Positions 1 to 10,548 are shown, numbered from the stretch's first letter. The stretch is 64,000 nucleotides of DNA from Candidatus Dojkabacteria bacterium (GCA_035444565.1 DAOMOX010000001.1:130335-194334); one strand, 5' to 3'. Notes: a model not told the origin generated them from the letters alone. Numbers and translations are program-made.

Positions 1-2
1 AT

Positions 3-854
3 GACCAGTCAGAAATAGATGAATGGAGGAATTTCATGAAGGTTTATCAGATTCCAAAGGCAATCGAGATGATAAATAAAATCCAACCTGATATTGTGCA
101 TAATCATTTTGCCTGGAGATTTATTCAGTTTGAGAGGTTTATCGATTGTCCGATGTATACAACAATACACGGACCCATAACCTCAATTCACGAAAGATAT
201 ACTTATGCAGATCACCCTGATCATAATTATATTTCTATTTCGGACAATCAAAGAAAAGCTATGCCTGAATTGAACTGGGTTAAGACAATTTACAATGGTA
301 TTGATGTTAGTAAATTTGAAGTTGGGAAAAAAGAGGACAGAAAGTATTACGCATTTCTAGGCAGAGTATCACCAGAAAAAGGCATAAAAGAAATTTGCGA
401 AACGATTAAAAAGACAAACCATAAGCTCGTAATCGCTGCGAAGGTAGATACTGTTGATAAAAAATATTACAATGAGGAGATTGCTCCTTTGATTGATGGC
501 AAGCAAATTAAATTCATCGGGGAAGTCGATCATAAAGGGAAAAATAAACTTCTTAAAAATGCTAAAGGATTACTACTCTTGTTAAATTGGGAAGAGCCAT
601 TCGGTCTAGCGGTTGTAGAAGCCATGGCATGTGGCACTCCAGTCATTGTAAATAAACGTGGATCTATGCCAGAATTAGTTGTGGACGGAAAGACTGGTTA
701 CTTAGTAGACACACTTGAAGAAATGCAAGCACGGATGGACGATGTCGACAAAATCGACCCTCACGAATGCAGAAGTCATGTGGAGAAAAATTTCTCACAC
801 ACAAAAATGACTAAAGATTATTTAGATTTAGCAGGTAAAATTATTGGCTCATAA
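3..854 (+). CDS. GT4-family glycosyltransferase. The 5' end is partial: the frame is open to the window edge and the first Met in the track is at 36.
   Basis: C-terminal GT4 motif EPFGLAVVEAMACGTPVIV. No stop in frame upstream of the listed Met back to position 3. Confidence 0.6.
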   Translation, partial: DQSEIDEWRNFMKVYQIPKAIEMINKIQPDIVHNHFAWRFIQFERFIDCPMYTTIHGPITSIHERYTYADHPDHNYISISDNQRKAMPELNWVKTIYNGIDVSKFEVGKKEDRKYYAFLGRVSPEKGIKEICETIKKTNHKLVIAAKVDTVDKKYYNEEIAPLIDGKQIKFIGEVDHKGKNKLLKNAKGLLLLLNWEEPFGLAVVEAMACGTPVIVNKRGSMPELVVDGKTGYLVDTLEEMQARMDDVDKIDPHECRSHVEKNFSHTKMTKDYLDLAGKIIGS

Positions 855-860
855 CATATC

Positions 861-1448
861 ATGACAGATGGATTAATTTTAGACATCGACGATACTCTGG
901 CAGAAACTGCATTGACAGCAATTTCAATAATGCGTGAGAAGTTCAACCATCCAGATTCTGTGTGGGAATTATTAACCAAATATGAACAACCGGGAAACGT
1001 TCCAGAGTGGCAATCAATTGAAGCACAAGAATTTTTGTTAAAGACAATGCAAAGCGAAGAATTTTTGCTTAATTTACCAAGAGTTCCGGATTCTCTAGAA
1101 GTTATTGAAAAACTTTCTATAGACTTCCCTGTTCAATTCTACATGACATCTAGATTCACAAAACTTGAAAATCTGACGAAAGATTGGTTAAACAAGAACA
1201 ATTTCCCCACCAAAAATATCATATTTGTTGAACATACGAATTCTGATGATGCATGGAAGTTTAAATATCTAATCGAGAGAGGTGATGAAAATAGGATTTT
1301 TATTGATAACCATCTTCCGTCTTTTGGAACTAACGTTGAAACATATAAAGGGAAATTGATTTGGCTCAATCGTTATAACGAACAAACTGGATTAAAGGTT
1401 GTTTCGTTAAATTCTTGGCAATCAATTTACGACTATCTTAGGCAATAA
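861..1448 (+). CDS. HAD-superfamily hydrolase (nucleotidase-like).
   Basis: N-terminal LILDIDDTLA matches the DxDxT HAD motif I. Lies 7 nt after the GT4 stop. Confidence 0.45.
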   Translation: MTDGLILDIDDTLAETALTAISIMREKFNHPDSVWELLTKYEQPGNVPEWQSIEAQEFLLKTMQSEEFLLNLPRVPDSLEVIEKLSIDFPVQFYMTSRFTKLENLTKDWLNKNNFPTKNIIFVEHTNSDDAWKFKYLIERGDENRIFIDNHLPSFGTNVETYKGKLIWLNRYNEQTGLKVVSLNSWQSIYDYLRQ

Positions 1449-1943
1449 CTGCTTATAAATCCGCACTTTTTCCTCTAGCGAAATTCTTGCATAACGAGGA
1501 GAGGGAGATGGCAATCTCACAAACTGTGTTCTTATTTTAGAATCAAGAATTGGGGAAAAGAACTTGTTAAAAGTATTTTCCACAAACGCACTTGTAAAGA
1601 ACACCCTTAGAAGATTGGATTCATTTAAAATATCAACTATAGAGTAATTGTGAGTAATATTGACCAGATTTGAATCAGAACTATTATTGTGTTTTCGTTC
1701 ACAGCTTTCAATAACATCAGCAAATCCAATTTTCAAATCATTAAACAAATTGATTTTTGAATTTTTGTCTTTTAGTGGAACTCCATATACTCCTTCCAGA
1801 ATCCTCCATAACTGATTGTACTTACTTCCATAATACCAATCATATCCGGTATTTAGCTCTAGACCCTTTGAGTAAAAACTTCCCAGAATGATGTATTTTA
1901 TATCCTTTGGAATGAAGTTCCCTAGTATATGTTTCTCTATCAT
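1422..1943 (-). CDS. Uracil-DNA-glycosylase-superfamily protein, closest to family 6 (hypoxanthine-DNA glycosylase-like).
   Basis: ILGSFYS and YYGSKYNQLWRIL resemble the GSFPS / YY..NxFW motifs of UDG family 6. Confidence 0.4.
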   Translation of the reverse strand: MIEKHILGNFIPKDIKYIILGSFYSKGLELNTGYDWYYGSKYNQLWRILEGVYGVPLKDKNSKINLFNDLKIGFADVIESCERKHNNSSDSNLVNITHNYSIVDILNESNLLRVFFTSAFVENTFNKFFSPILDSKIRTQFVRLPSPSPRYARISLEEKVRIYKQLLPKIVVN

Positions 1944-1990
1944 ATTTATTACAAATTGTTTACTAGATTTAAAATTTAATGAAACAGTAG

Positions 1991-2257
1991 ATGGCTATTA
2001 TTAATTATATTATAAATCTAATCATGCCTTACAAAAGTAAAAGAGAACTACCGAAAGGTGTAAGAGATAATTTACCTCTTGATGCTCAAGAGATTTACCA
2101 AGATACGTATAACAGTGCGGAAGAATTTTATAAAGAGAAGTCGAAAAGGAAAAATCCAAATGAGTCTAAGGAAGAAGTTGCTGCAAAAGTTGCTTGGAGT
2201 GCAGTGAAGAGCAAGTACAAGAAAGTCGATGATAAGTGGAAACGAATTAAGATTTAA
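1991..2257 (+). CDS. ChaB-family protein.
   Basis: The LPxxVRDNLPxxAQxIY...AWSAVKxKY pattern is typical of ChaB. Confidence 0.5.
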   Translation: MAIINYIINLIMPYKSKRELPKGVRDNLPLDAQEIYQDTYNSAEEFYKEKSKRKNPNESKEEVAAKVAWSAVKSKYKKVDDKWKRIKI

Positions 2258-2273
2258 ATATTATTTATAAATT

Positions 2274-2603
2274 ATGGAGTTTATTAAAAATTATTCTTTG
2301 TCCATTGTACTAATTACACTATTTATAGTGAGTTGGGTTGGTCAGTATTATTTCCAATACAGAGACGAACAATCCCAAGCCGAGATGCACAATCAAGAGT
2401 TTACAATGAGTGAATTCACAGACTCATTCCTCACGAACACATTTGAGAACTGGCAATCAGAATTTCTACAACTCGCGACGATGGTTATTCTAACATCCAA
2501 ATTAAGCCATAAAGGAAGTCCTGAATCTAAGGACTCTGAAGAAAAAACTGAAAAGAAATTAAATATGATTTTAGATGCCGTACGGAAAGGGGAAAATAAG
2601 TAA
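2274..2603 (+). CDS. Hypothetical small membrane protein.
   Basis: One N-terminal TM helix followed by an acidic/lysine-rich tail. Confidence 0.3.
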   Translation: MEFIKNYSLSIVLITLFIVSWVGQYYFQYRDEQSQAEMHNQEFTMSEFTDSFLTNTFENWQSEFLQLATMVILTSKLSHKGSPESKDSEEKTEKKLNMILDAVRKGENK

Positions 2604-2620
2604 GGGTTGTAAATGTATTG

Positions 2621-2917
2621 TTAGTAAAATCCAGGATCAAACCTATGAGTATCCATTCTTTTAGCACCCGATAAAGAACCACCACAAGTGGAGCAATGGT
2701 CAAGTCCAGTACAAACATTTATATTTCCACAATGAGGACATTGTCTTTCCTGATCTGAATCAACAGAGTATTTCCCAGCCATATCGGGATTTTCAGAATA
2801 GAAAGCATCTCTCTGACTTTCTAGGTCATTTTTTGGCTTTATTGTTTTTTTGGCTCTTGTGAGTTTATTTCTGATTCCATGATTATTTACAAATGCAATT
2901 CTGACGCATAATAGCAT
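2621..2917 (-). CDS. Hypothetical zinc-ribbon protein.
   Basis: CPHCG...CSTCG four-cysteine cluster. Confidence 0.3.
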   Translation of the reverse strand: MLLCVRIAFVNNHGIRNKLTRAKKTIKPKNDLESQRDAFYSENPDMAGKYSVDSDQERQCPHCGNINVCTGLDHCSTCGGSLSGAKRMDTHRFDPGFY

Positions 2918-3017
2918 AAGATTAATCTTATTCTCTAATAAAATTGCTCTGCATTTAAATGCTAAGACTTTTTCTAAAGTTTTACTATTACTAAAGAAAA
3001 AAAACTATCATATATAC

Positions 3018-3046
3018 TTGTGATATATCTGTTCAGGTAGTATAAT
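3018..3046 (+). promoter_or_regulatory. Sigma70-like promoter: TTGTGA, 17-nt spacer, TATAAT.
   Basis: -35 TTGTGA at 3018-3023 and -10 TATAAT at 3041-3046 with a 17-nt spacer, about 28 nt before the ATG at 3074. Confidence 0.35.
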
Positions 3047-3073
3047 TCCTAATGGTTTTTATAAGTTAACATT

Positions 3074-5527
3074 ATGATGCCAGAAGGAGAATACATCACA
3101 CCAAATCAACCCAATGAAGGAATTGGGTCGATACCTGCGCTTGAAAACCCTGCAATTCCTCCTACCAGCAATACTTTACAGTCAAGGGGTCAGTTTTTAG
3201 GTTTTGATGCTCTCAGAAATCTTGCCCAAGCAAAAAGGGATCAGATTCACGGTAATATTGACTCTCCTATTACATCAGAAGAAAATCTTAATTATGTCCA
3301 CGAATTTAACCGAGGTCTACTCAGACTAATCCCTACATGGGTAAAAGCTCCAATTATCGCTGCTGGACTTATAGCAAGCTATCCAAAAGACGAATTAATG
3401 AATCGAAGAAAATTCCTAAAGGTCGGTGGGTTTATTACTGCTGTCGGCACATTCCTTGCTGGCTGTGGTGGTGAACCTGGGACAGGCACATTAAACCTAA
3501 CAAGTTCAGGAGAATACGTTAGCAGCTCAGAGGACGAGATAGACGGATTAGCGTTGCTTGAAAAAGAAAGCTGGACTGCGGATGAGTTATTACAGTACCT
3601 ACAGTTTGCAGGTATTGGTGGAGTGTTGAGCTACACTGCTGCTGACGCAGTATTAACTAGTAATCCTCGAAATGACGTAATAAGTGCCCTACGTGCTGCC
3701 ATTGATGCAGGAGAAAATCTTAACTACAGAGTAGCTATACTCGATTTATTTGATGCCGTAGACAATACGATGCCTGAAGCATCACAGAGCATTGTCAACA
3801 CTCAAGAATTAGCTAAACCGGAACAATTCAGATCTTTAGGATTAACCAATCCTGATGGATCGATACCTCAAAGTTGGGCAGAAGTAAAATTCAACAGAGC
3901 TATAACCGGGGAAGTTACAGACACCAGATTTGGCGGTAGAACTATGGAATATATCTCTTCTGGAGAAATAATAGAAGGTTTTGATATTACAAAACCAGAT
4001 AGTAAAGTAACATTTCTTGGTGAGACTAGAAGTTCAAAAAATGTCGCAATTAGAATCCAAGACAGTACAGGACAAACCGCTGAAGTACTAGCCCAAAGAA
4101 ATGTAATGTTCCCTAATTTCAATAAAGACAGAGGTTATAGACTTATTACTCCTGATGGAACAGCACAAAAGATATTTACACATTTAGAGGCAAGACACCC
4201 AATAAGTATGACCGATGTATCAAATTTTATGGGAGGTATAGGACCGAATGCTGAGGTAGACTATTTGATTAAGTGTGCCGGAGAACGAGGTCCAGTGGTC
4301 ATGGGAGTTAGGACTTTACATGATAATAGAGTACATGATGTAGTATTCAAAATGGATCCAAGAATTAATCAATTATTGGCAGAAGATAAAATTGATGACG
4401 TTATAGAGTACGCAAGAGCACTTCCTGAAGACCGAATCATTACCGCATATGATTCTTTCGATAGAATAAATGGTTTAAGCGATGAAGTACTTGAAGTACA
4501 CAAACGTTATAGGAATGTTTTTAGTCTACAAAAGAATACTATGGTGTATGAAACACTACCTAATGGTGATTATCTAAGACTACCATCTAGAGGACCCGGC
4601 ATTATAAGATGGGCAGCTCAATTGGGAAAACTCACGAGAGGAAATCCTAGGATGGGTCAAAAAATTGGAAAAGTTTTAGAAGTTATTTCAAAGAATCGAC
4701 CGAAACTTAAAGCAACTGCTTCTGTAGTAGGTGCAGTACTTGAAGTACTTGCTATAGAAACTGCAAAGGTTGCACTTGATGTATATGAAGCTGGGACTAC
4801 ATATGATCGTTTAAACGAACGCGCGAATCTTTACAATGAATTCGGCACAGGAGATGGACCAATTGCGCCTTATTCACTTGATAGATATAAACAAAACTTT
4901 ACTCTAACAACAACTCCTTCTACTTTTGCTGATGCTAATGGACAAATAGTCACTGGTAAAGCAGCAATACTACCTCCCCTAAAAGGCTTACCAACTAGTG
5001 AAGGCGCAACGCTTGCAGGAATCACGTTTGAAAGAGTAAAACCTACCAACGAGATTCCAGAAGATGCAAGTCTGCTAGATTTGAGTACACTAAAAACACA
5101 GATTGAACTAAATCAAATAAGAATGGGAGTTGCAAACCATCCCTTTAATAGAGGAATTGAAAGCCTTAACTTTTTGTACGCAAGGCAAAATACGTATAAT
5201 GAACCCTATCAAATTGGTTTCCCAGCATTGCCAACTGAATATGGAGAATTGCCAAAGAGAATCGGAATATTTTTAGATGGGGAAGTCATGAAATTTTGCA
5301 CTGTTGATTATGCCAATGAAACTGGATTAGGTGAAAACCTTGGGACAGAGTTTGCGTACCCTGTAGAAGTCACACACCCAAGAGATTTAGTAGCATATTA
5401 TGGCTCATACCAGGAAACACTAAAACATATAACAGCAGCTGATATTGATGGCAGAAGTGGGAATTTTGTTGTAAAATATAGTATAATTAATAATAATCAA
5501 GTTAATATTCAAGTTACACCAGCTTAA
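3074..5527 (+). CDS. Large secreted lipoprotein of unknown function. A Tat-type signal with a lipobox (MNRRKFLKVGG...LAGCGG) sits at residues ~109-133, so an alternative start at 3398 is possible.
   Basis: Twin-arginine motif RRKFLK, hydrophobic core, LAGC lipobox. No recognisable catalytic domain. Confidence 0.5.
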   Translation: MMPEGEYITPNQPNEGIGSIPALENPAIPPTSNTLQSRGQFLGFDALRNLAQAKRDQIHGNIDSPITSEENLNYVHEFNRGLLRLIPTWVKAPIIAAGLIASYPKDELMNRRKFLKVGGFITAVGTFLAGCGGEPGTGTLNLTSSGEYVSSSEDEIDGLALLEKESWTADELLQYLQFAGIGGVLSYTAADAVLTSNPRNDVISALRAAIDAGENLNYRVAILDLFDAVDNTMPEASQSIVNTQELAKPEQFRSLGLTNPDGSIPQSWAEVKFNRAITGEVTDTRFGGRTMEYISSGEIIEGFDITKPDSKVTFLGETRSSKNVAIRIQDSTGQTAEVLAQRNVMFPNFNKDRGYRLITPDGTAQKIFTHLEARHPISMTDVSNFMGGIGPNAEVDYLIKCAGERGPVVMGVRTLHDNRVHDVVFKMDPRINQLLAEDKIDDVIEYARALPEDRIITAYDSFDRINGLSDEVLEVHKRYRNVFSLQKNTMVYETLPNGDYLRLPSRGPGIIRWAAQLGKLTRGNPRMGQKIGKVLEVISKNRPKLKATASVVGAVLEVLAIETAKVALDVYEAGTTYDRLNERANLYNEFGTGDGPIAPYSLDRYKQNFTLTTTPSTFADANGQIVTGKAAILPPLKGLPTSEGATLAGITFERVKPTNEIPEDASLLDLSTLKTQIELNQIRMGVANHPFNRGIESLNFLYARQNTYNEPYQIGFPALPTEYGELPKRIGIFLDGEVMKFCTVDYANETGLGENLGTEFAYPVEVTHPRDLVAYYGSYQETLKHITAADIDGRSGNFVVKYSIINNNQVNIQVTPA

Positions 5528-5537
5528 ATATAATTCG

Positions 5538-5774
5538 ATGAGTAACGAAGCTCCTATAACACCAGATGATATTGCAAAATTCCTAGTAGATTATTCTATA
5601 AGTAAACCTGAAGAAGCCGCAGCAGAGGCAGGTAGATTATCACAAGATCCTGAGAGGTTAGTATTAATTATTGGCCCAATGTTTCCCAACGCAGTGACAG
5701 TACAGGAAGCGATACAACTGGAAAGGTCTGGCACACCAATCAGTTTACAGGCAACTGATGATGGAGTAGATTAA
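5538..5774 (+). CDS. Hypothetical small acidic protein, probably co-transcribed with the lipoprotein.
   Basis: Starts 10 nt after the upstream stop on the same strand. Confidence 0.3.
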   Translation: MSNEAPITPDDIAKFLVDYSISKPEEAAAEAGRLSQDPERLVLIIGPMFPNAVTVQEAIQLERSGTPISLQATDDGVD

Positions 5775-5794
5775 TATTTAAGAAAACAGGGAAA

Positions 5795-6433
5795 CTACAA
5801 ATTCACCCCATCCACATACCACCCCGCTTCAGTAAAACGCACTATTGATAAGCCAGTATTGTTGATTTTAATTCTATAAATCAGGCGATCATTGAACCCC
5901 ATGATATAGTGCAACAGTACCCGAATCGTCATAGAGTGAGTAAAAACGCCAATATCCAGAGTCTTCCCGATATAGTTTTCATTGTAAATAATTTCATCAA
6001 AAAGCCATTGCATCACCCTCCTTTGCACCATAACGAGAGATTCACCTTTGGGGGGAGTGAAATATGGCCCCATTAGATTCATCGACTTAGTTACTTCAGA
6101 GGTATAGATTTCATCACGTTTTCCACCTGCCCAATCCCCGACACTATACTCTACAATTCTGTCATCTTTCTTTATTTCATCAGTATTAAATCCAATTTTC
6201 TCTGTGGCAATCTGTGCTGTCTGGTAGGCCCTCATAGAGGAAGATGAATAGACAAAATCAAATTTTATGCGCTTACGTTTTAAAGTAAGTCCTAATTTAG
6301 CAGCTTGTCTTTCGCCCTTTGGAGTGAGAGGTGATTCATGGGACTGGCCAACTACTAATTTTCTCTCAAGATTAATTTCACTTTCACCATGTCGGACGAT
6401 GTAGAGGGTCAGACTTGTATTTTTATGGAGCAT
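5795..6433 (-). CDS. Histidine phosphatase (phosphoglycerate-mutase-family) protein.
   Basis: LYIVRHGESE matches the RHGE catalytic motif. Confidence 0.6.
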   Translation of the reverse strand: MLHKNTSLTLYIVRHGESEINLERKLVVGQSHESPLTPKGERQAAKLGLTLKRKRIKFDFVYSSSSMRAYQTAQIATEKIGFNTDEIKKDDRIVEYSVGDWAGGKRDEIYTSEVTKSMNLMGPYFTPPKGESLVMVQRRVMQWLFDEIIYNENYIGKTLDIGVFTHSMTIRVLLHYIMGFNDRLIYRIKINNTGLSIVRFTEAGWYVDGVNL

Positions 6434-6501
6434 TCATATAGACTAATCTAAACTAGGAACGAAGGAGTTTTTCCCTATCACAAAATTTATCAGTTTAAAA
6501 A

Positions 6502-7260
6502 ATGGATTCACCAACACAAATCGAATCAAATGGAAGCAAAAGTGAAGACGAACTTTTAGCGGAAGAGCTGGATATTAACTTGATTGAGTTAAATCTTGCA
6601 CAAAATTTCTATAAAGGTCTCCAAACTCCACCGACCAGGGATGAAATGAAATTATTACTTACACATTATTCTGTCGCTAGGAACCAGGAGAAACAAGGGG
6701 CACCAGGAGTTAGCATCCCCTACGCTTTAGAAACAAGCATGAGGGATACATACTTTTTAGATAATTCGAAACTAGGATATGAACGCCCAGAGTCTCATAC
6801 AAGAACTCTACCCAAATCAAAAATGAGGATAAACCAAGAAAAAGAAGACAGGGCCGTTTCAGTAAACCTCGCAACCAATTATCCAGCAAGAGTTCTACCC
6901 ATTCATTTAATAAATTTTATAAACAACTACTTCAACTATGTAGGGATAACCGAGAAAGCAAGAAATATAGATATTAGTCCCTTAGCAGAAGTGCAAAAAT
7001 ACCTATCTCGTGGGAATAACCTAGAAAGTGCTATAAATGATGTAATAGAGACAGTTCTACTTGAGCTACCAAAAAGTAATAATAAGCCTGTACAGATTGA
7101 GGACGATTTAACACCCTATGAAAAAATGAAGTTGATAGAAAAAGCTTTTGAAAATTTCAAAGAGGAGAGGAAAAAAGTCGGATTGCGAGAAAAGTACCTA
7201 CAGCATTTAAAGAGCGGGGATAGCATGGAAAGTGCTTTGAAAAAGACCTTTGGTAACTAA
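6502..7260 (+). CDS. Hypothetical protein.
   Basis: Long ORF with normal composition. No recognised domain. Confidence 0.4.
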   Translation: MDSPTQIESNGSKSEDELLAEELDINLIELNLAQNFYKGLQTPPTRDEMKLLLTHYSVARNQEKQGAPGVSIPYALETSMRDTYFLDNSKLGYERPESHTRTLPKSKMRINQEKEDRAVSVNLATNYPARVLPIHLINFINNYFNYVGITEKARNIDISPLAEVQKYLSRGNNLESAINDVIETVLLELPKSNNKPVQIEDDLTPYEKMKLIEKAFENFKEERKKVGLREKYLQHLKSGDSMESALKKTFGN

Positions 7261-7357
7261 TAGTAGAATAGGACTATTCCTATAATACAACTTTGGCAAT
7301 TCCTAAATTATTTAAGAAATTATATCCCTTTCGCACATATTAGTTTCTACCATAAAC

Positions 7358-7388
7358 AAAAACCGGAGGATTTCTCCTCCGGCTTTTT
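7358..7388. terminator. Rho-independent terminator. The stem is palindromic, with A-run/T-run flanks on both sides.
   Basis: CCGGAGGATTTCTCCTCCGG at 7363-7382 followed by CTTTTT. Preceded by AAAAA, so it could act on either strand. Confidence 0.5.
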
Positions 7389-7866
7389 AGTACAAAATCA
7401 AACTAGCATTTATGCTCTGTCTGATCTTCCGTCATTATTGTTGTTTCCTGATTGGTTATAATTTTGCTGTTCTGTGTATTCTCTTTGATCAGTATTAGAG
7501 AATTCATCGTTTCTCTGTTTGTTTCTTTCGTTCATATTGATATTAGACGAGTCATTTCTGAATTGACTTCCTCTATCATTCTTGTTCTTATTACCCCTGT
7601 TTTTATTGTTACTATTGTTGTTTTGATTATTCATGAGAATAATTTAACAATTTATATAGACTCCTATCTGCAGATTACTATTGGAGAATAAACAGTATAC
7701 ATACAAAGAGTTAAACAAGGTTTAAGCAGGAGTAAAGCTTTTGAAAAGAATTGTAGATCGACACCCTTTAATTAAGTCATAAAATTATTTTTATATTAAT
7801 TAAAATATATTTTACTTTTATTCAGATTCGTTTTATTCTTATTTTAATACATTTTATATTAACTCG

Positions 7867-9303
7867 ATGGACCAAACTCAATTGCGAAATTTCCTAGAAA
7901 TTCCATATGACGAATTACAAAATTTAAATCTAGAAGCTAAAAGACGTTTCACAAATAAAGAATCAGAAACCAGTGTTAGAAAGTACTATATTGATTACTT
8001 AAAAAGCGAACCACGTCTTAAAGCTGTCACTCTATGTTTTTCGGATATAGAAGGACGTTTTCATATGCTCGATTACGACAAAGAATACTTTATTAAGAAC
8101 CTTGATGGACTAACTTTCGACGGTTCATCAATTCGAGGTTTTTCAACGATAGACCAATCCGACCTTCGATTAAAACCTGATTGGTACTCTTTTAGATGGC
8201 TACCTAGTGATGTATTTGGACCAGGAAAAGTTATAATGTTCGGATATGTTTGCGAACAAGATGGTTCACCTTACTCGTGTGATTTTCGATATTCATTACA
8301 TCTCACACTGCAAGAGATGTATAAGAAAAATAAACTAGAATATTTTGTCGCACCTGAACTGGAGGGCTTTTTACTCAGTGGCCAATATGCAGAACAATCA
8401 TTCGATGAGAAAGAAGGTTTCCAGGAAGCATCCGAAGGTGGCTACTATCACACATTACCGACAGACACATTGAAATTATTTATTGATAAAGCCGCAGAAG
8501 CTCAACGTGCGTTAGGATTTGAAAACGAAAAGGATCATCCCGAAGTCGCACCATCTCAGTTTGAACTAAATTTCTCATACACAGACGCATTACTTGCATG
8601 CGATCAAATACAACTTTACAAGCTTGTCTGTCGACAAATTGCACACAATATGGGGATGACCGCATCGTTCTTGCCCAAACCAGTTGTTGGGATTAACGGA
8701 AACGGTATGCATATTAATTTGTCATTACATAAATCTGGTAAAAACTTGTTTTATGACGAGAATGATGAGTCGAAATTATCAAAAACAGCATGGGAATTTA
8801 TATCAAGAATTCTAAACCATGCGAATGACATCTGTTTAATTCTAAATGCTAGTGTAAATGCCTACCGTAGACTTGATCCACATTTTGAGGCACCAAATCA
8901 AATAAAATACTCATATACGGATAGAAGTTCCATGATAAGGATTCCTCTTTCAACACAGAAATCCACTCGCATAGAAATACGCTCTGTAGGTCCTGACACA
9001 AACCCCTATGCAGTAGCACTGGTTCTTTTAAAAACAGGCCTTGAAGGAGAAGACCTTGAGACAGACGAAGATAAAAGACAGCGCACAAGGGTGCTTCCGG
9101 ACTCTATCCAAGATGCTATTAAACAATTCAAGGCATCGGAATTTGTTGGTAATGTTCTAGGAGAATATGCAAAATCAAAGTACGTTGAACAAAAACAAAT
9201 CGTTGCAAATAGAAGCCCAAAAGATCTTGGCAAAACTATTAAAAATGGAGAGGTTTTATACCATCACGAAATCACCAATCAGGTTTTGTGGAATAAATTT
9301 TGA
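7867..9303 (+). CDS. glnA: Glutamine synthetase.
   Basis: KPVVGINGNGMHINLSL resembles the GS ATP-binding region. The 478-aa length fits GS type I. Confidence 0.8.
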   Translation: MDQTQLRNFLEIPYDELQNLNLEAKRRFTNKESETSVRKYYIDYLKSEPRLKAVTLCFSDIEGRFHMLDYDKEYFIKNLDGLTFDGSSIRGFSTIDQSDLRLKPDWYSFRWLPSDVFGPGKVIMFGYVCEQDGSPYSCDFRYSLHLTLQEMYKKNKLEYFVAPELEGFLLSGQYAEQSFDEKEGFQEASEGGYYHTLPTDTLKLFIDKAAEAQRALGFENEKDHPEVAPSQFELNFSYTDALLACDQIQLYKLVCRQIAHNMGMTASFLPKPVVGINGNGMHINLSLHKSGKNLFYDENDESKLSKTAWEFISRILNHANDICLILNASVNAYRRLDPHFEAPNQIKYSYTDRSSMIRIPLSTQKSTRIEIRSVGPDTNPYAVALVLLKTGLEGEDLETDEDKRQRTRVLPDSIQDAIKQFKASEFVGNVLGEYAKSKYVEQKQIVANRSPKDLGKTIKNGEVLYHHEITNQVLWNKF

Positions 9304-9407
9304 GTATTCTCTAAAACTATAGGTTAATCGACGCATTCTTTATCGATACATTTTTATTGTTTTTCGATATCTTTTGTGTTACAATTTCTCAAATTTAACC
9401 ACAAAAC

Positions 9408-9884
9408 ATGAAAAAGAAAGAGACTCTTTTCCTTAAATCAGTAATATTATTGATTACTCTTGCAGTCGTTACATTCCTAGTATTCCTAACAATCCCCTTT
9501 CGGAATGAATTATCTCAACCTTATGAAGAAAGGGATTACCTTCCAATATTCTCAGTTATATACTTTTCATCGATGCCTTTTCTATATGGCTTGTACCAAT
9601 CATTCAAATTATTAACTTTTATTGATAGAAACAAAGCTTTTTCAAAGTTAGCAATATCTTCGTTAAATAGAATCAAACTGTCTTCACTTACAATTTCTGC
9701 AATATTTACTATCCATCTTCCTTTCATCTTTAAGATTGCCGATATGGATGATGCTCCTGGGTTAATGTTGATTGCACTTATTATCATTTTCGCTACCTTT
9801 GTAGTAGCTATTTTTGCAGCAGTCTTACAAAAACTCCTTCAAAACGCAATTGATATCAAATCTGAAAACGAACTTACTGTTTAA
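9408..9884 (+). CDS. Membrane protein (DUF2975/YoaS-like), paired with the downstream HTH regulator.
   Basis: Four predicted TM segments. Followed 10 nt later by a YozG-like HTH gene, a known pairing. Confidence 0.4.
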   Translation: MKKKETLFLKSVILLITLAVVTFLVFLTIPFRNELSQPYEERDYLPIFSVIYFSSMPFLYGLYQSFKLLTFIDRNKAFSKLAISSLNRIKLSSLTISAIFTIHLPFIFKIADMDDAPGLMLIALIIIFATFVVAIFAAVLQKLLQNAIDIKSENELTV

Positions 9885-9893
9885 ATTGTAACA

Positions 9894-10109
9894 ATGGGAA
9901 TAATAATTAATATCGATGTAATGCTAGCCAAAAGGAAAATGAGCGTCACCGAACTAGCTCAGAAAGTAGGCATAACCATGGCTAATCTCTCAATTTTAAA
10001 GAACGGAAAAGCAAAGGCAGTTCGTTTCTCAACCTTAGAGAGTATTTGCAAAGCACTCGATTGCCAACCGGGGGATATATTAGAATACAGGAAAGACCAT
10101 AAAATCTAA
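9894..10109 (+). CDS. XRE-family (Cro/C1-type) HTH transcriptional regulator.
   Basis: MSVTELAQKVGITMANLSILKNGKAKAVRFSTLESICKALDCQPGDILEY matches the YozG-like HTH. Confidence 0.6.
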   Translation: MGIIINIDVMLAKRKMSVTELAQKVGITMANLSILKNGKAKAVRFSTLESICKALDCQPGDILEYRKDHKI

Positions 10110-10548
10110 ACGCTTAACATGTGGCCAGATTTTATTCAAATTTATGTACCTATCTTCCAGAGAGGACTTAAATTTTAGATAGTTCCCAGTATTCTTGTTA
10201 TTTTCAACCTAAAATTTTGTGTTGGTTTGTTTAATCTATAACTGGGAATGGTTCACCACTTTCCCCGGTTATATCTTCACCTTCAATAATATCATCATTT
10301 ACAATACGATCGGTACTCATGGTTTTAATTTAAAAATTAAAATATTTAGAATGGTTACCAATATATTAATTATTATATCCTCCGATTGTAAATTTTAATT
10401 AATCCCATTGTAAATTATTTGAAAACGCCTAAGTTACTGATTGAAATGATTATGCAGGGATTTGATAATAACTATAACTTTTAACTTTGCTAGACAACTA
10501 TTTTAGAAGTATAATTCACTTGAGGCGAATAATTATTAGGGAAATTTT

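Noticed and set aside
10110-10548. Purine or ZTP riboswitch upstream of purB-purA.
   Set aside because: No purine-riboswitch or ZTP consensus was visible. The region contains only a possible 29-aa minus-strand micro-ORF (10231-10320).
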